This document shows positions 24,197 to 37,042 of a DNA stretch of 64,000 nt, piece by piece. The notes beneath the pieces are model-generated. The model was not told where the DNA came from and ran no database searches. It saw only the letters and a program-made list of their open reading frames with translations. Position numbers and translations under genes: made by a program. Location: NCBI GenBank assembly GCA_030295235.1, contig AP026145.1, positions 558,001-622,000 of the forward strand, in the 5' to 3' direction. This stretch comes from Fistulifera solaris (Eukaryota). How positions within the stretch are numbered: the first letter of the stretch is position 1; each line of letters begins with the position of its first letter.

Positions 24197-25616
24197 ATGA
24201 AGCAGTCACCGCTGGATTCGCCGCGATTCTCAATCGGCTCTTTGCATAAGAGAAAGTTTATCGCCCGACCGCTCGTTCCGATTACGAACAATGAAAACGA
24301 GCGATCACCCACAATAAGGAAGTATAAAGTCTTTTCGAAACTAACGGCCGTACGACGTCGTCCTGTTGCGTCCTTGAACAACGATGTTTTGCATTGGTTG
24401 CAAAGCGATTGCCCTCAGGATGTGGTTCTCCGAGTTCTCGCATTTGCTGGACCTCAAACAGCATCGGCTTTGTCCAAGACGAACCGATATTGGAAGGAAG
24501 TCATGGACGACGAAGAAACGTGGCGTGTTCTGTGTGAGCAACTGTATAAGGTGCGTGATGGAATTGTAGATTGCTTTTATTTGTTCGGAGCAAACGTTAA
24601 GAGTCGCCGTTTTACATTCTAGTGGACACCATCGGATGATACACCTGATTCCTGGAAAGACTATTACCGTCGCCACCCGTGCATTCCAGTGGATTTTCCT
24701 TCCGTTGGCACCGCCTTGGAGACTTTGTTTCCTTCAAAGCCTAGAAAATCCACGACACAAAGTAGATTCATCCGTTCATTTTTTGTTTCGACCGGGCACT
24801 TACAGCATAAGCCGAACGATTTTGGTTCGCGGAGCTCACAAGTCAGTCCAAGTCACATTAGAGAAAATGGACACTCCAGCGTCCCGTTTTTTGAAGGGCG
24901 ATACCGACGTCACCCTTGTTTACGATGGACTGAAAGCGAATTATCCTCTTTTCTGTGTCGAAGCTGGGACTTTGCTGCTGCGAAATCTACGACTTATCCA
25001 TCAATCCACCGGCTTTGACCTTTGGGCCGGAAATGCCGCAATTCAAGTGCAAGCTCGAAAACGTTTGGCCCACGCTTCGATGGAGCGATGTGAAGTCACT
25101 TCCAGATCTGGACGAGGCATAGTCGTTTCGAACGGAGGGAAGCTCACACTCCGTCAATGTAATGTTCACAGTTGTGCTGCTACTGGAATTTACATGTCTG
25201 GCAGCAACTCTACGGCAAAGATTGCTTCAACAGACATTCTTGGCAATGGTAATGGTAGAAGAGGTCTTGTCGGAGGACATTCCGGTGTCTATTTGGAAAA
25301 TGGAATCGCGTCTATCCATGATTCGAATATTTCGCACAACTCTTCTGCAGGAATTTACATGGTTACTCGAGAGGAATGGCGCTTGAGTCTCTCGGACTCG
25401 GCCTTGGTCGGGAATGGAGCCTTGCAGCTGGACCTTCCGAGCTTGCGTGTTGGCATGATTGCCAGAAATGCAGCCGCCCACGGAGACCGTGTAAGCATCC
25501 TGGAGCCAAGACTTCGTTCGGGACTCTCCTCAGGGGTGATTTTCGCTTCCCATCAAGTTCAATTTGAAGAGCTCTTCAGCGATGTAGATGAGTCTCCACA
25601 CAACGAATTTGTCTGA
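24197..25616 (+). CDS. F-box protein with right-handed beta-helix domain (FBXO11-like)
   Basis: F-box-like CPQDVVLRVLAFAG...SKTNRYW; intron 24551-24622; beta-helix repeats (SRSGRGIV, CAATGIYM, HSGVYLE, SSAGIY); frameshift near 24720-24780. Confidence 0.75.
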
Positions 25617-25945
25617 CCCAAAAGAAGCCAATTTTAAGCTAGCAATTTGCATGCTTTCCAACTACCTGTTAGGGCCTGTACTAACGGCAGGGTTTTGAGG
25701 ATGGGATCCCAGGTTTTATGGCCTAACAGGCTTTAGGATGACACGACAGACGGTCCCAACAGGCCAAAAAAATCTGGGTTTGCCCAGGTTTTTTTCGTTC
25801 CCCATTTTTTTTCTGGGCAGCCCAAGTAAGCTGGGATCGGCTGGGACCGCGCGAATTTTCCCTCGTCCGTTTTGATTTCTTTTCACTCCATTCATCTTCC
25901 GTTTTCACAATATCCATCTATTCCGGTAACAACGTAAAGACTAAC

Positions 25946-27030
25946 ATGGCTAGCGAAGACACGACACCTCCCAACGATTCTCTTCCCGACTGGGGGTCGA
26001 ACAATGGCAACTACGACGACGATTCGCTTTGCAACGACAATCCACCGGCTGAAGAATCTTCGGTGGAGACCGCCCGAACTTCAGCTGTATTGAAGTTCCT
26101 GTCACGGCACAGCCTAGAAACAGGCCTCGTACAGTAGTTGTCCCTGCATCCGCTCCAGGACAACCAGATGCCTCTAATGCGTGCCGATGAGACCGCTGGC
26201 TGCTGCCCCAGCTCCGTCGATTGCCGCAGCTTCTAACGGCAACAACACTTCTAACGCCAACGGCACTGTTGTCACCGCACCATCTTCCGGCCGAGACTTC
26301 CTCCACAGGAAAAGGAACAAGGCTGGATTAATGATAGTGTAACGTTTGCGGATTTTGACGTTGACGAATCAGGCACGCCGGTCTCCATCCGTGGCATGCT
26401 ATTCTCGACTTTCCACTGCAAAGTCCTTCGCTCACTCTGCAGTCACGACAAATTCAAACTAAATGGTGTCAGCAAGTGTACTACCAAAGCTGACTATATT
26501 GCCTTCCTCGTAGATGGGTATAAAAACAAAGATGTGATTACCGCCCGTGGGAGGTATTGACGAAAGGATGACACCCAATTGCAGATTCCGTGATTCTCAA
26601 CATCATCTTCGGCGACCGCTCGCCACCAAATTCATCGAGGCACATCACACCACTGGGACTATTCCTGAAACTGGGGGGAGGTAAGGAGGGCGTTTTGGAA
26701 GGAAGCAGAAACGGAGTTTCAGAATCCTGAAAAGTATTACGGGGTATATTTTACTAGCGGTGAATCAGATAAAGTCGACCTGCTCCTACGAGAAGACCTC
26801 TTTCATCAAAAAAACCGACAAAATTCTTCCCCACAACGCAAAGCGGCTTCGCTATCTATCAGGAAATCACCCGCAAGTACAGGGACATTCACTTTCGTTA
26901 CACGCGATCCAGCAGCCATCAGGACTTTTGGAATTTCTGCGGAGGATGCATTACTTCTTATTATCTTCACAAGTTGCTGCAGGATTTGAAGCCGAATTTG
27001 TTAGCAACGGTCAACAAGGAATTGCCTCCT
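25946..27030 (+). pseudogene. Decayed second ORF (accessory/DNA-binding protein) of the Harbinger element
   Basis: Starts MASEDTTPPND...; further fragments such as VTFADFDVDESG...LRSLCS and LNIIFGDR are broken by stops and frameshifts; convergent with the transposase. Confidence 0.55.
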
Positions 27031-27199
27031 GACTCTTTTATGACTACGGAGGACATTCGTGCCATCTTCTTGGAGGACGACGGGACTCCCACAGCGGCAA
27101 TTTTGTTAACGTAAGCTCTCCTGAGTTGAGACTCCCCCGTAACCTGTATAGCTAGCTCTGGATAGACAAGAGGCCTATCGTGAGAAATTATCCGCATCT

Positions 27200-27783
27200 C
27201 CATAGTTGTCGATTTCATCATCGTTGTCGGCATACTCTAACGTTTGCCCATCGTGTCTGAATTGCATCTCACTTTCGGCCGATACAGAAATTCTGGAGAA
27301 TGCAGCATGAAAGGAAAATGAGACCAACTGTTCGAAGACATGCCTTCTGGTCATGCTGAAAGATACGAGCGGTTGGTGAGATAACCAAATGCTCTTCGAT
27401 TGTGGTTCTCATCTGACTCAAGTAGAAGTTATAGTTGCCGTTCATTTCAGTTCGACCACTAGCACCCGCAAAAGGGGTCAGCAGGTGCTCAGTACAACCA
27501 TACGCGTTATCGCCAGCAATGAAGTAGCCAAGGGGTAAACTTTCAATTTTGTTGGCAAGCGGATTAAGCTTATGTGCAGACACGTCTGGTTGGCTGCCAG
27601 GAAGCGCAACGCAGACAGAGGTAAAGCGCATAGTGGGATCACAGCACGCTTGGCCGTTGATGCCGTAGCGGTGATAATGACCAGAAAAAAAGGCCTTTTA
27701 AAATCCCAGTCGGAATCGGAATCGGACTCATGCAGCCAGGAGTGGATAATGTCGCTGCAATTTATGGAAGAAAAACATAGCAA
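27200..27783 (-). pseudogene. Harbinger (DDE_Tnp_4/HARBI1-like) transposase remnant
   Basis: RFTSVCVALPGS.PD, GYFIAGDNAYG..EHLLTPFAG, YNFYLSQMRTTIE, CCILQNFCI; N-terminal catalytic half appears deleted. Confidence 0.85.
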
Positions 27784-28636
27784 GCGTTTACGTTAGGTGA
27801 ATGAACTAAAGCAATGAACATTAAGTGAAATGCCGACAATCTAAAATGTGGCGCCAAAATTGATTTTTTTAAAAAAAAATGCGTTGTCTTACTGTCACTA
27901 ACATTAAAACCCATGATCCCAAGTGTAAAAACTCGTTAACACCAATTACGGACCCCATGTAGGGATAAGCCTCTTGAGTGCCAGTCGTAGGCCATAAAAC
28001 CTGGGATCCCATCCTCAAAACCCTGCCGTTAGTACAGGCCCTTAAACCGGGGAGGAGTTCATCACCTATCCCAATGTATTTTCGGTTTCACCTGTGTTAT
28101 AGGCCATGCTCTTTTTGAAAGCGAAGGGTTGCCAATAACAAGTAGTAATGTACTTGTAATAAAGCCAAGGAGCTAAGGGGCTCTCTAGTTTTAGTTGGCA
28201 CTATTCTTCTCCGAAAACTTAGTACTGAGTACTACGTAATAAATCTTCACGCAAGTGGAGAACAAAGAGATGCCCCGTTTAGCCACTTAGACAAAAACCT
28301 TAGTACATACTGCACAATAGTCCCAACATCACAATAAAAGGTCCATTATCACGTTTCACGTTTAGCGTTTAGCATTAATCGTGTGGTCATAAGTCATCCG
28401 GTACGGTACTCCAGATCAAGTCATTTTCAACTCTCTACTTGTAATCCGACGTTTTTTCTTTTCTCGTCTCTCGTCTCCTATTCATCGTCGACTTCGGTTG
28501 ATGCTATAAATTTTACTCAACAGCGGCTTCTTCTTAATGAGCAGACTCCACATTACTCCGTATTATATTATCTCAATTAGAAGTGCATAATATATGTGTG
28601 GAGAAGAAGGGATAATGATCTGAAGGAAAAAGCATC

Positions 28637-30156
28637 ATGACGACGCGTGCTGTTCCGTTCCAGACCATTTTCATGCACCACCACAAAAATTCGTGCATCC
28701 GCCCCGTCACCTGTCAAAAAGAGACTTTGGTTTACGTACACGCAGAAGATTTGTAATAACTATCGCAGGTCTTCTCCTTATCTCGACGGCCGGCTTTTGG
28801 CCTATCTGTGAATTTATTGTCGATACGCTGAGGTCTACCACGTTTTCGAAAAGCGTGTGGAGTGATTCGACGCACATGGGCGATGTCACTACGGGGAAAT
28901 ATTGCGCTCACGAAAACAGACGATGGACTTGCTATGACTGTAACGATGGTAATTGTCGGATCATTCGTGGCCGTAACAAATGTCCCCAATTTCGTCGCGT
29001 TCCTGGCGATTATCCTGTTCCTCGGGCCAGTTCCGCTGATGCGGTAGAGATTGCAGGGTTGCCCACGAGAACTTTGTCATGGATGGGGATCCGATACTAT
29101 CATGAGCAACCGATTTGTACTATTGCGGGATGCTTCAATCTCGAAAGATGCAGTGACACGGTTTTGAAAGTATATGTCGATCATGAAGGAGAGCATGCCC
29201 TGCTGGATTATGCGGCGGAACATTCCAAGCCCATTCCAGTGCAGCGAGTTCATAGTGCGAATGACGCATGTCTCATTGTCGTGTTAAGCAATACCTATTC
29301 GTCGGTGCATGACATGAAGAGCTCGGGACATTGGAATGATGGGGAGAACCACTTGCTGTGGGATTTTAGTAACTTTCCCTACCGCAAAATCGCCCCCGAT
29401 GCTCCCTTTAACATGTTTCATGTCGGGAAAGCTATAATTGCCAGTGAAACGATTGGCACAGCTTATGCTAGGCTGGGCTATGATTTAGTTCTGCCGTTGC
29501 CAAGAAGATGGGGAAGGGCCTTAGCGCCCAATGATGTTGATATTCATCGACCAAGGAAGTATTTACTTTCTTTCCGAGGGAGAGTGATAGATTCGATTGC
29601 TGCAGCTTATCAGCACAGGTGGCTCGCTGCCGAACATTGGGAAGTAGCCGACGATATTGTAGTAGACGTGGAGTGCTGGCACTTTGACTGGCTCGTTGAC
29701 AAAAAATCCCTGATCAAACCGTATGAAAGATCGCCTGGCATGTTCGACGACATGATGTGGAACTCTACATTCGGCTTTACTCCTGGTGGTTCTGGCATGA
29801 GCTCCTATCGCTTTGGTGAAGTGCTTTCTACGGGAGGCATCCCTGTTGTGGTGCATGGAGACTTTGTTCCCCCGCTGGCTCCGGAACTCGATTGGTCCAA
29901 GTGCATTGTCTGGGTGTCGGAACAACGGATTATCGATCTGCCCCACATTTTGCGCCAGATACCACCCGAAGAAGTTCACGCGAGACAAACAGCTTGTTGG
30001 AAGCTACATTCGGCCGTTTTTGGAGAAAAGGAGGTTGATGGAAAGTGGTACAATGATGAAGGAGTCGTTTTTACTAAAGGGTTACAGATTATCGCGCAGA
30101 GAGTTTCGAGCGCTGCTCAGATGTCGAAAATAGTTAATGATTTTGCAGATACATAG
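28637..30156 (+). CDS. Exostosin-family glycosyltransferase (GT47), type II membrane
   Basis: N-terminal TM; RKYLLSFRG, NSTFGFTPGG.G.SSYRFGEVLSTGGIPVVV, P.APELDWSK. ATG at 28637 requires one extra A at 28685-28689. Confidence 0.85.
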
Positions 30157-30277
30157 TTAAGACAAACATAGAAGCAAGTAAAACATGTATTTATTTTTAA
30201 AAAGAGATCCCAAAAGGTATTCTTAGTATGCACCTAGTATATAAGGGATCACCAGGTTTCTTTGGACCAGCAGGACT

Positions 30278-31950
30278 TTACTGGATCACATCCACAAGAA
30301 AGTCAAAGATATCAGTCTTTTGAATAGCTTCTTTAACATCTTCTTTTTGTAAAGTGCGTCTCTTGTGCAACTGGCTGTATTCTGCAGGCACAAATGGAGA
30401 GCTAATTAGACAACAACGGTTCCATCCCAGAAACAAATAGCCTGTCTATCTCAACTTACCAAACGCACGAATGGATAAATCCAAAATGAAAAGCTCGCAA
30501 GCTTTCGCAAAGAGGACCGGAGCCTCTGCCGATATCATGCGCACATCCTCGTCACTCTTCATGATGCGCTTGATTCTAGCCAACGGCAAGTCATTATGGT
30601 TTTTGAAATCTTGTTCACTTTGATTCTCCAATGCCTGTATAGAAGCATACGAATCACACCAGAACTGCTGCAGCCGCTCCTGCAACTGCTGCAGAAATTG
30701 GGGCGAATTCGCTGCCGGTGGAGGCTCCGACATATCAAAGTCGTCGTTGTGGTCCCCTTCCAGCATCGGATCCGATTCTTCCGCCACACTCGGTTTCACC
30801 GGCGGTGCCTTCCGGGCCGGGGGCTCTGCTTTGACGGCTGATTCTTTCGTTGGCGCCGCATCACCCTTGTATATCCCTGATTGGATCTGCGCGGTTGTAT
30901 GAGCATGGATTAACGCTTGACACTTAGTTTAAAAACCGGAGCGACATGGAGATTAGATTACGGAGTATTATTTTTGGCAAACAGACTGGTTAGCCCCAAC
31001 GACGATTGAAAATTTGTGGCAATACCAGGTACTGCCCTTTGTCGAAGGAGTCGCAACAGCACAGACTTACCTGTAACTGAATTTGCGTGGAGATCTGGGC
31101 CGGTGTTAGATTCGCAGTAGCTGCTTTTCTTGCATTCACAATGGCTTGAGCTTGAATTTGTGACAAGGTGGCGATTTGCTGGGCATTCATCGGAACTAGA
31201 CCGTCCCCCCTAGCTTTAGCCGCTGCGACTACTGCTTGCGCTTGAGCAGCTGCTTGAACCTCGAAGAACAAGACGTTTAGTTGAAAAATTTGGCAAACAA
31301 TGATGTGCTATAGCGACCGAAACACTGGAAAAACTTACCATCGCCTTAGTTTGCGACAAGGCAATTAAAAGGAAAGCAACCGGAGCGACATTTCAAAAGC
31401 AAAGGACAGCAGAAGACGTTTAGTTCAATTTGGCAAACAATGATGTGCTATAGCGACCGAAATACTGGAAAAACTTACCTGGGCCTTAGTTTGCAACACG
31501 GAGAATACAAAGAAAGCAACCGGGGCGACATGGCGAAAGCAAAGGATAGCAAAAGACGTTGAGTTCAATTTGTGGGGCAAACAATGATGTTGTACTATAT
31601 AGCGTCAACCGAAACACTAGGTCACAGCAGAAGAAACTTACCTGTAACTGAATTTGTTCTGGCGTTATGTTGGCTTTTTGTCCTGAAAGAAGAAGCATAA
31701 GATACATTTGATTGGAGAATCAAGAAAGCCTAAAACTTCATCAAAAGGAGATCTTACCGCGTTCCGCAGCCGCTTGAAGCTGTGCCTGCAGCTGTTGTTG
31801 CAGCTGCTGTTGGATCTGCTTCTGCAATTGCTGTTGTGTAGATGTCGATGTGGTCGTTGTGGTAGATGTCGGTGCAGGTTTCTTTTTATTGGGATTGTTG
31901 TCTTCATTTGTATCCGCAGCGGGACGCTTTCCTCCGCCGTCTTTGTCCAT
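30278..31950 (-). CDS. NF-YC: Nuclear factor Y subunit C (HAP5) with Gln/Ala-rich multi-exon N-terminus
   Basis: DFKNHNDLPLARIKRIMKSDEDVRMISAEAPVLFAKACELFILDL and last exon KRRTLQKEDVKEAIQKTDIFDFLVDVIQ*; several GT-AG introns; indel near 30820. Confidence 0.92.
31260..31641. repeat. Tandem ~140-160-bp intronic repeats in NF-YC, each with a minus-strand GTAAGT donor
   Basis: AGACGTT(T/G)AGTT..GGCAAACAATGATGT..TATAGCG..CCGAAA.ACT..AAACTTACC occurs three times. Confidence 0.85.
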
Positions 31951-32535
31951 TTTGGTTGTTGTTCCTTGAAGAGTAATGTAGAAAGAAGCGAACTATCGCG
32001 ATGAGAAGGCAATCAATGCAATTGTTCCTAATGTCAGCAGAATACAAGAAGAATACGCTTTGCTTGTGCACTTTATTGAATGATACAATAACCAATGACA
32101 CACTCGAGAGATGCCAAGAATCTTTTCAAAGAACAATGGAAAAGATCGCAATTGGTCTGACTTGTGTTGGGATGGAATGACAAAAGGCAAAGTGGCTGTG
32201 CTGCTGCCAAATGGAAGTCGCTGGAGTGAATGAAGCGAAATTCGAATTTTCAACGCGATGGAGGGAGAAATTGGATGGTTCAGCGTGCTCCGACAGACGT
32301 ACGAGCGCACGAAAAGCGCGCGATTGATTCACTATAGTGTCAAACTGTTGTCCTTTTTTACAGCACCCGAGACTGCATTTGAGTCGTTAGTCGCGATGGT
32401 TCCGTTGGAGTACCGAATGTATTGGCGGCATTGAAATATTGACGACAGCCCTTGCTTCATTCGGCTTAATCATTGCGGTGCTTATAGAATCATTTTTATA
32501 ACTTTGTTACGGATTACGAGATATATATTAACATC

Positions 32536-33267
32536 ATGACAGCACGAGAAGAAAAGATTTACGTCTTGTACGGATCGCAGACGGGAAATTCCGAACAGCT
32601 CGCGCTCGACTTGTGCTCGCAAGTGCCGACCCAACTCGGTCCGGCCCAAATCCAACAAATCACCGGAACTTCTGCAACCATCACCGTCATACCCAAATGC
32701 ATGCAATTGGATGATTTCTTAGAACTTGATCGTGCCGAGTGGACGCGGCTGGTCGTCATCGTGACGAGTAGTTATGGTGTCGGCCAAGCTCCGTTGGGTT
32801 GTTATCGGTTTCGTGAGTTGTGTGATGCGTGGAAGAAGGAAGGAGACGTTCATAAAGGAACACTGGAGGGAATGACTTACGCTTTGTGTGGTTTGGGCGA
32901 CTCCAAATATACTACATTCTTTCGCAATCCTACCGTCATTGACGAAGCGTTGCATTTCGTCGGGGCGAAACGAGTCGGTCCGTTGGGAAAAGCCGATGCC
33001 AGTGGCCCGGAAGATCAAACGGCCGTTTTGGAGAAGTGGTTGCACAGTATTTGGCCCTTCTTGGCGAAAGTAGTCGTAGAACCTCCGTTAGATCGTGAGC
33101 GTTTGCAACAAATGCAACAACGAACGGTAGACGTGTGTCGAAGAATCAATCCAGATTTCGAAGCCAAGGCTCCATCGTCGCAGCCCCTTGCATCAAACGT
33201 AATGATCATTCTCTTGGCCGTTCTGGCGATTATAATGGGTTACTATTTTACTTCAACAACGAAATAA
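32536..33267 (+). CDS. Stand-alone flavodoxin (P450-reductase-type FMN domain) with C-terminal TM anchor
   Basis: VLYGSQTGNSE, VTSSYGVGQAP, YALCGLGDSKY; hydrophobic tail VMIILLAVLAIIMGYYF. Confidence 0.85.
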   Translation: MTAREEKIYVLYGSQTGNSEQLALDLCSQVPTQLGPAQIQQITGTSATITVIPKCMQLDDFLELDRAEWTRLVVIVTSSYGVGQAPLGCYRFRELCDAWKKEGDVHKGTLEGMTYALCGLGDSKYTTFFRNPTVIDEALHFVGAKRVGPLGKADASGPEDQTAVLEKWLHSIWPFLAKVVVEPPLDRERLQQMQQRTVDVCRRINPDFEAKAPSSQPLASNVMIILLAVLAIIMGYYFTSTTK

Positions 33268-33296
33268 TGGAAAGGATGAAGACGCTAAAGCTATTT

Positions 33297-33961
33297 CTAG
33301 ATGTTTTCATCTTTCTCAGCAGTAGATTTTGAAACTTCCCAAGTCCCAGCAACAATATCCTCCTCCTCTTCTTCACTGTTTTTCGGTTCTAGCATTCTTA
33401 TGTCTACAGATTTCGGCAGTCGTGGAGCAGGGAGATCAAATCCGTCGTTATCTGTCTGAATTGGAGGTGTTGATGTTGAAGAGGAAGTGTCTACGTAACC
33501 CAGTAATAGTTTCCCAATCAAACTGACGACGAAAAAGGTTGAGCGACTACCAGCCAGCTAGCAAAACATCATTTCAGCACGTACTTTTCTTCGTTTACCC
33601 AGCGATGATACTTGTCGTACAATTTCGTGGCATCTTTCCCCAGTACACCCCGTAGAATGCTTTCTCCTCCGGGATGATACGCAATATAGGGTGATAAATT
33701 GTAAACTTTGCCACGCAATACAATCCATCCATCGTGTAGCGATTTATGTTGCTGTACTTCCGACATAGTGATTCTCCGTAGCGGCTGACCTTTGCGTTGC
33801 GCCAAGTCTTTCGACAGTTGCAACAAACGATTCCATTCCGACAAGCCAAAGCGGCCGGTTTTGTGTCGGGGTGGTGGTTGTGATGAGGAAGGCGGTGGCG
33901 GAGGCATAGTGGTGTCATTCATGACACGTTCGTTTGTTTCTGAAGTCGGTGATTCACTCAT
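33297..33961 (-). CDS. Cytochrome b5-like heme-binding protein (Irc21/NCB5OR-b5 type; 2 exons)
   Basis: ITMSEVQQHKS.HDGWIVLRGKVYNLSPYIAYHPGG...GKDATKLYDKYHRWVN; intron ~33523-33583 then LIGKLLLGYV. Confidence 0.9.
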
Positions 33962-34513
33962 ATTTTCAGAAGTAAGTGTAAAAGAAAAGACTTCTTACTC
34001 TGGAGTATATGAATAGCAAGCGCAATGGATGTCGGGTGAAATTCGATTTTGTCGAAGACTACGCCTTCAGAATTTCCGTGTGAATTCGTTTTCTTATAAC
34101 TTATAAAATGCACTTACAGCTTTTCTGTATGTAGTATTAAAGCATTTTACACATAAACAGAGTTTCTGTTATCGCAACAACATACTCCATAAATTTTATC
34201 CCGGGACTGAAACTACGTCGAGTCGCAACTTTGTCAATCCATAGTAAACTTAGATTCTTCATTCATTGATTACATCGGTACCAGGCACGGTGCAGTAACA
34301 ACAGCAATAGCTTGCCATAATACTGAGTAGATAGTTCTCGCGAAAGAGTTGTCAGCAAGTATTACCTTGAAGCAGCTACTAGGAAGTCGCATGTCATTGC
34401 CATCGAAATCGTGGGCGCTTGTTAATAACTTACGACGACCGACGCTATCAAAATTCATGAGGGATTAGATTGGAGCTGGTGGAATCGAAGTTAATATGCA
34501 TTTACTATTACAC

Positions 34514-36141
34514 TTAGTTCTCATTTCGAGTTGTTTTCCTTGCAAAAATTGCCGCATCACCCGATTTCTTGCGCTTCCGAATCCGATTGCACTGAGAGGA
34601 TTCTCGAGAAAGAGATGTCGGCGAAAAGGTACAGTCAAGATTCAAAGTATGAATAAACTCACACAAGGTATCCGTATGATTTGCTAACAACAAGGCTGTG
34701 CGCTGAAAGCTCTTAGAAGCACCTTCCGCCAGCGTCGTCGCCACCAACGGTGGCCGCACAACCGTTGCTTCTGCAACAAGTCCGGCTGATCCATTATAAA
34801 ACTTATTAAGAGCATACAGCTCATCGATGGTCGATCCGTCTGTGCACTTTTTACCGGATTTATCCTGCACCACCACATTCCGGTTGCGAGAGAGCAGGTG
34901 CTGTAGCGTCGAGCGGTTGAAGTAGTATCGCTGAACAAACTCTCCTTCCGCTTTATCCAAGTATCCCTCCAATGAATCGAATTTTGTGGCAAAGGATTGT
35001 ACAACCAAGGTACGAAGAGATGGGTGTCCTTCTATAGCTTCGAAAACTCCTTGAAAATGGGGTCCCCAATAGAAACGGGATTCGGTTTTGCTCAAGTCTA
35101 AACATTGTAGATTTGGATTCGCGTAAATGACACGGATTAATGCACGTGCGACCGGTGCAACGTCATCAAAATCGAATGGCTCTGTGCTCTCAATGGACAA
35201 ACACAGCCTTTCAATATGGCCACATGTAGTAACTTGGTTCAAAAACGCAGTGAGAGTTGCAATGTGCTCGTCGCTGAATTGCCATAGATGCAAAGTGAGG
35301 TCTCTTGCCCGAATTTCACAAGAAATGAAATCTTCTGGCTCAATGTGGCATGAAAAAAGCCGGTAGTTCAAAACGTTTACCTTGGCGGACAATGGAGTTA
35401 GGGCACATTCCCTATTGTATGAAACGATCTTTAGCTTTTCAAGGTTTGACAGGCGTCTCAGATTAGCGCTGCTCAAACACATCCTATTACGAGACTGGAA
35501 CAGATCGAGCGATCCAAAAGTAGACACTCTATTTTCAAGCGCATCGACAAAAGCTTTTCCGTCGTCAAGAAACGCCACACCGTGTCCCATCAGGCGCAAA
35601 TCTAAAGGATAAGGCCTTGACGCTAGAATTACAGCTTGCTCGGGGCTGAGTTTAGCGTTTATGCAGACGCGCCTTGTCGGATTCGAGTCAAGTACTTGAG
35701 CGAGCTGCGTCGGCTGCAAAGAGTTCGTAAAATCGAACTCTAATTCGTTTTTCTTTTGCTGTAACATGCTATTTCCGTCTGCTTCTCTGATGCATGCTGG
35801 AGAGACCCAAAAAATGCAAAAGTCTCGGCAATTGCAGCATCCGTTTCACCGTAAATGGTGCAGTGGAAATTTTTCTCACAGACGTTTTCGAGTACCAAAC
35901 ACAGATGCCGCTCCCAAAACGAGTCAACCCAATTTTGACAAATGATAATGACGGTACCATTCTCCCGCCAGATGGCAATGCGTCGCAATTTCTTCCAGTC
36001 AAACTCGTCGAGCGACGTCGGTTCGCGCAGTAGTTTGTACATGGGAAAAGACCTTTTCGGGTGTAGAGCCTCTTGTCGGGAAGAAAGTCGGTCCCGTCGC
36101 ATGAGCTGCAAGAGCGGTTGTCGTCGTGCTTGATTATTCAT
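34514..36141 (-). CDS. RNI-like/leucine-rich hypothetical protein (frameshift ~35770)
   Basis: Two adjacent ORFs (137 and 417 aa) with degenerate LRR segments (NPNLQCLDLS, HPSLRTLVV). Confidence 0.6.
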
Positions 36142-36739
36142 TGTTTGCTGCAAGGAGACAAGTAATGCAATCCCTGGGAAGCTCCTTTATCAAATGAAGA
36201 AAGAGAGGCGACAAGATAGTGCTCGCCTGCTTCAACAACTTTGTTATTGTTGCGCTTGATGCTTTATGAGGATTGCAAGCAAGTGATGATGCTTCGCGTG
36301 AAAAGCAGCTCCGCCAGAGGGCGCACAGCAGTATAACTCCCACGTGACATCGTCGCTGCGGCTGCCTGAAAGGCCAGTTTGAGCGCGGGAATGAATAGGA
36401 TGAAAGGTATTACGGAGTATTTTTTTAAAATCAATGCCATTGTACCATGTAAGTGTAGTAAAAGAACACTTTCTTTTTCTTCGACAAAACGGTTAATAAT
36501 GCAACAAAAAAGATCGCGACGCGAGGGTCAGGGCACTTTACAGTACCCGTAGGACTTGTTATGTAGCTAATCGCACTGTCGGAAAACGTCATCTTCACAG
36601 GCACAGCTTATGGTATTTTTACAGCTTTTCTGATAATGCGAATATACCAGTCTAATTGTTGTCAGAATTACCGTCGTTCATTCTGCATTCTGCATTCTGC
36701 TTAATGCTGCAGTTCTGGTAGTCTTTTCGAAATGATGCT

Positions 36740-37042
36740 ATGTTGCGAAATCATTTTCAACGCGTTCTTTTGTCAGGAAAAGCTCACAGATCGGTATGGC
36801 ATGCCGGTTTTCTCCATGCGAGGGAAGCGGAAGAATTGTCACGGACGATTGCTCAGAAACGTCAGGAAATCTCTCGATTGACCCAAACATTTTCTTCAGT
36901 GGTTCGTCTGGTGGAATTAGAAGACGAAATTAGCACTTTAAAGCAACAATACCTATCTTTGTGTGGAGAAGAGTGGGAGGAGGGTGATGGTTCGTTGGAA
37001 CGAGCAAATGAGAAACCAGAGCCTGCCTTGTCTTCATTATAA
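36740..37042 (+). CDS. Small hypothetical coiled-coil protein
   Basis: 100-aa ORF with presequence-like start MLRNHFQRVLLSG and helical acidic body. Confidence 0.45.
   Translation: MLRNHFQRVLLSGKAHRSVWHAGFLHAREAEELSRTIAQKRQEISRLTQTFSSVVRLVELEDEISTLKQQYLSLCGEEWEEGDGSLERANEKPEPALSSL

Larger units (their letters stand above)
25672..28041. mobile_element. PIF/Harbinger DNA transposon (non-autonomous, decayed)
   Basis: Perfect 54-bp TIRs at 25672-25725 and 27988-28041 (GGGCCTGTACTAACGGCAGGG...); TTA target duplication at 25669-25671 and 28042-28044; DDE_Tnp_4-like remnant inside. Confidence 0.95.
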
